Shown piece after piece: positions 7,260-14,029 of a stretch of DNA of 24,000 nucleotides. Position numbers and translations under genes: made by a program. This stretch comes from Vibrio phage VAP7. The DNA lies in the sequence record MK795384.1. One strand, 5' to 3'. Every line of letters begins with the position of its first letter. Position 1 is the first letter of the stretch. The notes under the pieces were generated by a model, which ran no database searches, was not told the DNA's origin, and worked only from the letters and a program-made list of their open reading frames with translations.

Positions 7260-8342
7260 CTAAATTTTTCGCCATTTAGCAAATTCAAATTCGGCTTTCA
7301 AACCCTGGAAGGTATTGTTGGCAATGTGTCGCAACAATTCCGGAGTTGATACACCATTCATAATATATTCGTTGATATCTTTACCGTATTGTTCCAGTGA
7401 GTGTGGTAACAAGCATACCTTAACACCGGCTTTGATCATTTTCTCAATACGGTTAACGATTTCTCGGTTGCGTGGTTGATTATCTGGAATATAGATATCA
7501 CCCTTCACTTTCAACAAATCCGCATCTGCTGATGCCATACAGTTCGGCAAGAACAGGCTATCAATCGGACCTTCAACGACCAGTTTGGTACGGTCAAAGT
7601 CGATACGTTCCAGACCATAACATTTGGTGGTCTTTTCTTCTTTCTTAATCGAGATATATCGCAGGTCACACTTAGGATCGAATGAACGACCTTGTGCCAT
7701 TATCATCTCGCCTCGAGCATTGAAGAATGGTATCACCAAACGCGGATCCTTTGGACACTTCTCAGCAGACAACATATTCTCAGGGTTCATACCGATAGCA
7801 AAACGCTGATAGTTGTTGGTAAAGAATAATATGTCAAAGAAACGTTTTGGAACCTGGCGATTTACCAGGTAGTCGTAACACATATGGCCAGGGCCAAGCT
7901 CCGAAACTGGAATACAATAAGTGTCCAAGGCGTAATCACTTTGAACTTCCTGTTTTTTCTTGACCAATGAACGGGTACGCCGAGTATCTTTGTTTGCGGC
8001 TTTCTTTGGTTCTTCTTTTTTCTTGAGTGCCATGTAAGAACCAGAATTGCGTTTGGTTTCCTGGAAGCTATCAACAACATATGACTGGTACAAGGTAGGC
8101 TCATAAGTTTTAAGCCATAACCCTAAATCCCACCCTGATGCTTCACCGCAGTTATGACATTTGAACCGCATCCGATCAATATCATGATCAGCATAAAAGT
8201 GGCCACGACGTTTATTAGCTTTCTTTTTACTGTCCAGACATATCGGACAACGAAAACGGCAAATATTGTCTTGTTCCCATGTAAATTTGTCTAACATACC
8301 CGACAACATGTTTATGTAAGACTTATCAAGTTCTATGCTCAT
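7260..8342 (-). CDS. DNA primase-like protein (zinc finger + TOPRIM-like, T4 gp61-type candidate)
   Basis: CRFRCPICLDS...FKCHNCGEASGWDLGLWL zinc-ribbon N-terminus; mid-protein YGLERIDFDRTKLVVEGPIDSLFLPNC TOPRIM-like; D-N-Q/R-N region GDIYIPDNQPRNREIV. Confidence 0.75.
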   Translation of the reverse strand: MSIELDKSYINMLSGMLDKFTWEQDNICRFRCPICLDSKKKANKRRGHFYADHDIDRMRFKCHNCGEASGWDLGLWLKTYEPTLYQSYVVDSFQETKRNSGSYMALKKKEEPKKAANKDTRRTRSLVKKKQEVQSDYALDTYCIPVSELGPGHMCYDYLVNRQVPKRFFDILFFTNNYQRFAIGMNPENMLSAEKCPKDPRLVIPFFNARGEMIMAQGRSFDPKCDLRYISIKKEEKTTKCYGLERIDFDRTKLVVEGPIDSLFLPNCMASADADLLKVKGDIYIPDNQPRNREIVNRIEKMIKAGVKVCLLPHSLEQYGKDINEYIMNGVSTPELLRHIANNTFQGLKAEFEFAKWRKI

Positions 8343-8350
8343 AATAAAAA

Positions 8351-8372
8351 GCCCTTAGAATAATCTAAGGGC
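8351..8372 (-). terminator. Intrinsic terminator
   Basis: Minus strand GCCCTTAGATTATTCTAAGGGC followed by TTTTTATT. Confidence 0.85.
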
Positions 8373-8382
8373 AATTTTAACT

Positions 8383-9579
8383 TTATTCAAACATTTGAGG
8401 TTTTACAACGTTACGTCCAACTTCACCATAATCCTTATGGACAATGATTGCTGTCAGCGTGCGGTTTGAACGATAACCCGCGTTATTATGCCATGCATCG
8501 CGACCAGCCAACGTATTAAACACTTCGACAGTACATCCACGGTATTCCTGGATTTGTTTATGGTGTAAGTGTCCTGTATACCATGAACGATGTTCTGTTT
8601 GACCCCAATCGCTTGGACAGTCATGTGCCATGATGGACTCAAGCTCAGTGCCTTTAACAGTATGCGTATGAGTCACACCGATCAGGTTTTTACCGAAACG
8701 GTGGTATGTAAATACTGAAGGGTTTACTACGATTTCAACACGAGGTTCGTTTTCATATAGACATTCTAATGCCACTGCCAGCCATTGACTACTATGTTCA
8801 TCATGGTTACCGATTGCATTGATGACTTTAACTTTTTCGTGTTTCTCTAGTGCTAGATCGATACATTGACGCATCAGGTTAACACCAATACGGATAATCT
8901 TTGCCCAACGCGAATCAACATCAAGGGCATTACCCGAATGTGCTGTACGGTTTTGAACATTGTCAGAATGGAAGAAATCACCCAGGTTGACAATAAGAGC
9001 AGTTTTGGTTGCGGGTGTTGATTGGACCAGGGATTCCATGGCAGCAGGCAATAACTGTTCTGCGACCTTCAAGTCATAATCCATACCAGTTTCTTCGCCC
9101 CATGCCATCATGCCCAGGTGGTAATCACCAATCGGATAATGGACTTCCCAATCTGTTGTTTCGACCAGAGGTGCAGGTGTTGGCATAACTCGTGGAACAT
9201 CTTCACACATCGCTTGAACAACTTCTTGCAGGATCTCGAATTGTTCTTCAGCATCGCGTTGAGTCTTCACCCATTGGAGTTTCAGTTCACCGTCTTTACC
9301 GTAAAGCGTTGACGTACCCTTGACACCGAAGCCTTCAGGAACTTTCTTACGCATATCGTGGTCCGGACTCCAACCTTTGGATGCTGCCACGGCTTTCAGT
9401 CGTTTAATCGTTTTGGATACTGTTTGGTGACTGATTCCAAGAGCACGTGCGGCTTTAGTTTGGTTGCCATCAGCTTTGATAACAGCTTCAAGTTGTTCAG
9501 CCTGGCGTGTAGTAGTACAATACTCTGTTAGACCAGACAAAGCCTCTTGGACAGGTGTGTATTTCTTATTCTTAGACAT
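8383..9579 (-). CDS. HTH + calcineurin-like metallophosphoesterase
   Basis: N-terminal HTH (NQTKAARALGISHQTVSKTIKRLKA) and metallophosphoesterase motifs GDYHLG, GDFFHSDN, GNHDEHS, VTHTHTVKG, GHLHHKQ. Confidence 0.85.
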   Translation of the reverse strand: MSKNKKYTPVQEALSGLTEYCTTTRQAEQLEAVIKADGNQTKAARALGISHQTVSKTIKRLKAVAASKGWSPDHDMRKKVPEGFGVKGTSTLYGKDGELKLQWVKTQRDAEEQFEILQEVVQAMCEDVPRVMPTPAPLVETTDWEVHYPIGDYHLGMMAWGEETGMDYDLKVAEQLLPAAMESLVQSTPATKTALIVNLGDFFHSDNVQNRTAHSGNALDVDSRWAKIIRIGVNLMRQCIDLALEKHEKVKVINAIGNHDEHSSQWLAVALECLYENEPRVEIVVNPSVFTYHRFGKNLIGVTHTHTVKGTELESIMAHDCPSDWGQTEHRSWYTGHLHHKQIQEYRGCTVEVFNTLAGRDAWHNNAGYRSNRTLTAIIVHKDYGEVGRNVVKPQMFE

Positions 9580-9639
9580 CTAAGATTTCCTCTTTACATT
9601 AAGAACCTCACAATATTATCTTTATTTACGGATATGAAA

Positions 9640-9663
9640 AAGCCTATCATTTAAGATAGGCTT
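9640..9663 (-). terminator. Intrinsic terminator
   Basis: AAGCCTATC-atttaa-GATAGGCTT; minus strand tail TTTTTCATAT. Confidence 0.8.
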
Positions 9664-9672
9664 GTAATTGTA

Positions 9673-9933
9673 TTAAAGTTTGACTGCAATCTCTTGGTCC
9701 ATGATGTAACTGGCATCCAGGTCCATATTGCCATAAACTGGAATCTCATCATCAGGTTTATCATACAGACGACAACGGATGGTGCCAGTATTAAGGTTGA
9801 GCACAAGAATCTCAGCTGTCCACTTTCGCGCGCGTTCCGCATAAAAGTCACATGTCGAGTACATTGGATGTTCACTGAGATCAACCGTTACGCGAGGTAA
9901 CGGCAATACTCCAGGTTTTGGTTTCTTAGCCAT
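9673..9933 (-). CDS. Hypothetical protein (86 aa)
   Basis: ORF in array, ATG start, followed by terminator. Confidence 0.75.
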   Translation of the reverse strand: MAKKPKPGVLPLPRVTVDLSEHPMYSTCDFYAERARKWTAEILVLNLNTGTIRCRLYDKPDDEIPVYGNMDLDASYIMDQEIAVKL

Positions 9934-10935
9934 TTAGTTAGTTCCTACTTTTGGGAATAGATTCATCAAATCTTTCATTGAAACATTTGATACGTTGATG
10001 TAATGGTGTTTAGTGTTATGCTTAACATCATCCATATTGCGCCCCAGGAGTGCACACACAGGTTCAGCTGTCATATCCTTTGACATATACACCAGAACAG
10101 AGAAAAGTTCGCTACGGCTGTTATATGAGACCTGAACACGTCCAACATTAGCCTTACAAGTTACATAAGGTTTCTTCTTCGCAGGTACTTTTAATTCAGC
10201 ACCATGGATTTCCAAATATTCCACAAGACCATTCAGTGCAGGCATCTCACCTTTAACAATTGATGGCATTGTCACCTTAATTTTGGTTGGTTGTGGTTCA
10301 ACAACTTCAATAGGTTTTGGATTAGTGATTTCCTCAACTTCAATAACTTTAGGAGTTGGTTTAGGTGTGACTGTTGGTTTGCTATTAAGAGCATTGTGAG
10401 AGAATTTCAAAGCTTTCTCTTTGATGAAACCTTTTGAAGAACACTTACACCAACGTAAAGAACCCAAACGGATTTTCTTATGCATTTGTGGTGTCATGTT
10501 ATACTCTTTGTCACATGTTGGACAAATGTAAACAAAAGGTCTTGTTTGTGCACGAGTCTTTTGACCATTCATTAACAAAGCTTTATCAACATCCATATTG
10601 TGATATGTCTTAGGTTCGCAACCAAAGTGACGCATCACATTCTTCCATTCTTTTCCATGGGGTTTTGCTCTGCGACCGTAAACCTTATGAACAACAATAT
10701 GAGCAAATTCATGAGGAATGGTATCTTTGATGAATTCTTCTTCATTATCTGCAAGAAGGGTTCTGCAAAGGTTGATGATGCCGTTTTCGGTAGTAAAGCC
10801 GTTAGCGTTACCAGCAACTTTACCCATTTCTTTGATATTGATTTCCGGCATACCAAAAGTTTTTGAAGGTACGATGCGGTTTGCAATATCAATGTACTTT
10901 TGAAGAACATCTTGGACTTGATTAACAGTAAGCAT
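9934..10935 (-). CDS. SprT-like zinc metalloprotease domain protein
   Basis: EFIKDTIPHEFAHIVVHKVYGRRAKPHGKEWKNVMRHFGCEPKTYHNMD (HExxH...H) followed by zinc ribbon YICPTCDKEYNMT...RWCKC. Start set to ATG 10935 with AAGGAA upstream. Confidence 0.85.
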   Translation of the reverse strand: MLTVNQVQDVLQKYIDIANRIVPSKTFGMPEINIKEMGKVAGNANGFTTENGIINLCRTLLADNEEEFIKDTIPHEFAHIVVHKVYGRRAKPHGKEWKNVMRHFGCEPKTYHNMDVDKALLMNGQKTRAQTRPFVYICPTCDKEYNMTPQMHKKIRLGSLRWCKCSSKGFIKEKALKFSHNALNSKPTVTPKPTPKVIEVEEITNPKPIEVVEPQPTKIKVTMPSIVKGEMPALNGLVEYLEIHGAELKVPAKKKPYVTCKANVGRVQVSYNSRSELFSVLVYMSKDMTAEPVCALLGRNMDDVKHNTKHHYINVSNVSMKDLMNLFPKVGTN

Positions 10936-10981
10936 GACATATTCCTTAATGGATGTTGTTTGTTTCGATGGGGTAATAATA
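10933..10981 (-). promoter_or_regulatory. Conserved -10/leader element (copy B)
   Basis: Minus strand TATTATTACCCCATCGAAACAAACAACATCCATTAAGGAATATGTCATG. Confidence 0.5.
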
Positions 10982-10985
10982 AAGA

Positions 10986-11014
10986 ATCCCGACCACAAAT
11001 AATGTGATCGGGAT
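10986..11014 (-). terminator. Intrinsic terminator, part of exact 41-bp repeat (copy 1)
   Basis: ATCCCGACCACA-aataa-TGTGATCGGGAT; after stop of 11034..11450. Confidence 0.75.
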
Positions 11015-11033
11015 CGCGTTTTTGGTTATTGGA

Positions 11034-11450
11034 TTATTCTTCTTCGTAGTCGGAACAATAATCCCAGGTGATGCTTGGGTTGATATGGTCCAGGATTATT
11101 TTTCTTGCGTTAACTTCCAGTTTTGGACATACCCCAATTGACTCACCGTTGAAGAAGACTTCATATTGTACACCAATATCTTTAACCACATATTCAGTGT
11201 CGTTATGAATATTGATGGCAACCCGTACATAGTGTGTTCCAATACGGTCTGGTGAATATCCGATCGCACATAGCCAGTTAACAATTGATGCTGCGAAAAT
11301 CGGGTCTTTTACACGATGTTCAGGAATGATAAATTGAATATCTTTGGTAGATTCCAAAATATCTTGCACTTCTTGCGGCATCTTTCTGAATTCACTTTCC
11401 GAACATTCCACAAATAAAGTATTTCCGAATATATGCATTTTCTTAGCCAT
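11034..11450 (-). CDS. Hypothetical acidic protein (138 aa)
   Basis: ORF, ATG start, followed by terminator. Confidence 0.8.
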   Translation of the reverse strand: MAKKMHIFGNTLFVECSESEFRKMPQEVQDILESTKDIQFIIPEHRVKDPIFAASIVNWLCAIGYSPDRIGTHYVRVAINIHNDTEYVVKDIGVQYEVFFNGESIGVCPKLEVNARKIILDHINPSITWDYCSDYEEE

Positions 11451-11796
11451 GAGAAACCCCCAAACTAAACATCAAGAACATAACAACAAAGATGAAGAAC
11501 TTATACATGATGATATTGGCGCCACTTGCCCGGTCAATCTTCAAATCAAACATGAGCATTGCAAGTAACAATAAACTGAAGTCAATCGGTAATCCATCCG
11601 GGAAACTTGCGATATCTACTATATCCAACGATGCCAAAACACCTATTGTTGAATAGAAACCCATACAGGTGATCGTAAACAATGTAATCAGTCCGATGAT
11701 ATTTGTCACACGACCTGCGGCAAAGTAAATCGTACACATTGCAAGGATCAACACATGTGCGATTGTTAAGTGGTTTTCAATGATGAAGTTAAACAT
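11443..11796 (-). CDS. Small membrane protein (multiple predicted TM segments)
   Basis: ATG 11796 has AAGGAGATCCGTA SD; hydrophobic stretches HVLILAMCTIYFAAG, IIGLITLFTITCMGFYSTIGVLA, FFIFVVMFLMFSLGV. Confidence 0.7.
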   Translation of the reverse strand: MFNFIIENHLTIAHVLILAMCTIYFAAGRVTNIIGLITLFTITCMGFYSTIGVLASLDIVDIASFPDGLPIDFSLLLLAMLMFDLKIDRASGANIIMYKFFIFVVMFLMFSLGVSHG

Positions 11797-12193
11797 TACG
11801 GATCTCCTTTTGGATTTCATCGGCAAATTTTTGGATATCTGGCCAGGTCGGTTCAACATCACCCCAATGCTTGGTACGGGTTGCTTTGATATCCAAAGAT
11901 GGAATGTTCACCTGGACGCGTGTAGTCCAACAGCATTCTTCATTGCAAGGGTATGTTGAAACCTTGAAGCTTGGTTCAAATCCAAGAACCCAATTCATGA
12001 ATTCTTCAAAGCCATTTTCAACTTCAAATTCTTTGGAGATTAGACCAAACTTTTCGATACCTTCTTTGCTAGGAAGGAACTTGCGGACATAATCATCACC
12101 TGTTTCAGACAATGAACCGATGTAAATACAGCTGGTATCCGTTGATACAGTCACTAGACCTACTAAATTAATCTTAATTTTCATCTTTGCCAC
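11789..12193 (-). CDS. Hypothetical protein (134 aa)
   Basis: ORF with overlapping ends in array. Confidence 0.75.
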   Translation of the reverse strand: MAKMKIKINLVGLVTVSTDTSCIYIGSLSETGDDYVRKFLPSKEGIEKFGLISKEFEVENGFEEFMNWVLGFEPSFKVSTYPCNEECCWTTRVQVNIPSLDIKATRTKHWGDVEPTWPDIQKFADEIQKEIRNV

Positions 12194-12650
12194 CCTTAAT
12201 TACTGTTGGTTTCCATGCTTGGCGTTTAGGTTGTTTGGTTTCTTCTTGAACGGCGTCAAAAAGGATTGCTTGGAGCATTTCATTAACACCCGTTGAGATG
12301 TCAAAATGTACCCAATCTTTTTGGTCATGACTTCCTGAAATAGACATAATGCCACCATTGGTAATATTGCCAGGGAAGCGCTGTCCATTGAATACGCAAG
12401 AGTATAGGATATCACCGGTTGCAGCATCAATTGGACCATACGTGCAGTCAATAGTACCAAAGTTCAAAGTGATTGCCTGAAGCGAATGTCCCGAGTTGAG
12501 ATCCTGAGAGTAGATACCTTTAGGTGGTTGTGCCACATTTTTGAAAGGTATGTGATTGAAGCCTGTTGCAAAGGTCACATAAACGTATTTGTAATTCTTG
12601 GCAACTTCTTCAATAAGTGCAAGATGTTGCACTGAGTAGATATTATTCAT
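12174..12650 (-). CDS. Hypothetical protein; weak SspB-like pattern
   Basis: ORF trimmed to ATG 12650 (MNNIYSVQHLALIEEVAKNYKYVYVTFATG...). ITLNFG...ILYSCVFNGQRFPGNITNGGIMSI is reminiscent of SspB VLNIxxxAV...xFxARFxGxxxxvxVPxxAVxAI. Confidence 0.65.
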   Translation of the reverse strand: MNNIYSVQHLALIEEVAKNYKYVYVTFATGFNHIPFKNVAQPPKGIYSQDLNSGHSLQAITLNFGTIDCTYGPIDAATGDILYSCVFNGQRFPGNITNGGIMSISGSHDQKDWVHFDISTGVNEMLQAILFDAVQEETKQPKRQAWKPTVIKGGKDEN

Positions 12651-13152
12651 GATATTTTTCCTTATAGTTAGAGATTTGGCGTTCAATCCAATCTTCATTG
12701 AGTACATTACGCACCAAAGATTCTTGGGCTAATACATCACATTCCAACCAGGTTACTAATACAGCTTCTTCTTTATCGAAAATGCATTGTTTTTCGCCAA
12801 TGTCATAATATTCAGAAACATAAACAGCAATAGCATAGTCTTGAATACCACATTGGAAGTCATCAACCCTTTTCAAATCTTCATGGGAGAACCATGCATA
12901 AATCTGATCAAGACTATTGAATCCGAAATACATGATGTCATAGTCACAATTTTTGAAGTTTTCTTCATCGGGGTTCGGATGGCGTTCATTGTAACGCATA
13001 TCTCCCCATAGATAGGTCGCAAGCGTACTTGAAGACACAATCTCTTTTGGGTTGTTATTGGCATCGCGACCAATGACTTTAACTTTTTGGTGTTGATATG
13101 GACCAAGGCCATTGAGCCTGGATTCAACACGAAAAATAACTTTGGGTTCCAT
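12643..13152 (-). CDS. Hypothetical protein (169 aa)
   Basis: ORF starting ATG GAA CCC at 13152 downstream of conserved leader. Confidence 0.8.
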   Translation of the reverse strand: MEPKVIFRVESRLNGLGPYQHQKVKVIGRDANNNPKEIVSSSTLATYLWGDMRYNERHPNPDEENFKNCDYDIMYFGFNSLDQIYAWFSHEDLKRVDDFQCGIQDYAIAVYVSEYYDIGEKQCIFDKEEAVLVTWLECDVLAQESLVRNVLNEDWIERQISNYKEKYHE

Positions 13153-13193
13153 AACATATTCCTATCGGATGTTGTTTCGTTAGGGACATAATA
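13150..13193 (-). promoter_or_regulatory. Conserved -10/leader element (copy C)
   Basis: Minus strand TATTATGTCCCTAACGAAACAACATCCGATAGGAATATGTTATG. Confidence 0.5.
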
Positions 13194-13197
13194 AAAA

Positions 13198-13226
13198 ATC
13201 CCGACCACAAATAATGTGATCGGGAT
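13198..13226 (-). terminator. Intrinsic terminator, part of exact 41-bp repeat (copy 2)
   Basis: Same hairpin as 10986-11014, minus strand tail TTTTTTATTATG. Confidence 0.85.
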
Positions 13227-13239
13227 CGCGTTTTTGGAT

Positions 13240-13620
13240 TTAGACTTCGTGAGTACCTTCAACACCACGTTCTTTGCGTTCCGCAGTACGCATTTCAAGT
13301 TCTTTCAAACCAATGCGAAGATGATGGATAGCTTTAGCGTTCGCAGCACAGTTGAACTTTGAAGCCTGGTAGAACTCAAGACGTTCAATTGCCGCAATCA
13401 GCAAGTCTTCAACAAAACAACCATTGTGACCGTTTTCACCAAGTGGACCTTTCTGGAAATCCACATGCAAACCGATTGCTGATGCTGAACCACCAAACGG
13501 TAGGCCATCTTCATTCAGATTGTTCGTGATATGCATTTGTTGGTTTGCCAGGTTAGCTGTGATATCACCGTAAGGTGTGAGATCAACAATCTGGAAGTCT
13601 TTTTGTGCGTTGGTAGTCAT
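13240..13620 (-). CDS. Acb2/Tad1 hairpin-domain protein (candidate anti-CBASS/anti-Thoeris nucleotide sponge)
   Basis: C-terminal block VDFQKGPLGENGHNGCFVEDLLIAAIERLEFYQASKFNCAANAKAIHHLRIGLKELEMRTAERKERGVEGTHEV matches the recalled family signature FQxGPixExGxNGxxxexLLxixixRLxxFQxGxFxCxENAxAixxlexAlxwLxxRTxxRxxRGVEGTH. Confidence 0.75.
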   Translation of the reverse strand: MTTNAQKDFQIVDLTPYGDITANLANQQMHITNNLNEDGLPFGGSASAIGLHVDFQKGPLGENGHNGCFVEDLLIAAIERLEFYQASKFNCAANAKAIHHLRIGLKELEMRTAERKERGVEGTHEV

Positions 13621-14029
13621 AGTTTACCGAGCTCCAAGTTTTAGGTTTTAGGAATTTGGCATAACGGATAGGTTTAGGTTTCACCTGAACATCGTATCCT
13701 TGCCATTGGAATACCAAGTCTTCAAAAGCAAATGGATCGTAATTGCCAGCCACATAGTGTCGTACAAAATCCATTAAGACTTTTTCTTGACTCTCTGTTA
13801 AATGTCCTGGAAGCTGGAAGCAAACATATCTCTTGTCGCTCTTGTGTGCTCCTGTATCGCGTTCTAATCGAGCAATAGCGTTATCTGCTTGCTCTTTCAG
13901 TAGAAGCTTATACGCGCTCATACGCGCAACTTCAGGACTTTGACGGTTATGGACAGCAATGTCCACAACCACGTCAATCATTTTACCAAACAAAAGGAAT
14001 ATGATCTTTTCAATCATCTGTACCACCAT
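13583..14029 (-). CDS. Hypothetical protein (start may be 14017)
   Basis: ORF overlapping the topoisomerase stop; alternative ATG MIEKIIFLLFG. Confidence 0.7.
   Translation of the reverse strand: MVVQMIEKIIFLLFGKMIDVVVDIAVHNRQSPEVARMSAYKLLLKEQADNAIARLERDTGAHKSDKRYVCFQLPGHLTESQEKVLMDFVRHYVAGNYDPFAFEDLVFQWQGYDVQVKPKPIRYAKFLKPKTWSSVNYDYQRTKRLPDC

Noticed and set aside
9651-9884. Minus-strand ORF of 77 aa
   Set aside because: Alternate frame of 9673..9933, runs through the terminator hairpin.
10985-13237. The two 41-bp repeats considered as a CRISPR or transposon end
   Set aside because: Only two copies in direct orientation 2.2 kb apart with ordinary genes between; each is a terminator hairpin, no transposase or spacer array seen.
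12873-13298. Minus-strand ORF of 141 aa overlapping 12643..13152 and the terminator
   Set aside because: Crosses a strong terminator and leader and has shadow-like composition; the 12643..13152 frame starts right after the conserved leader.
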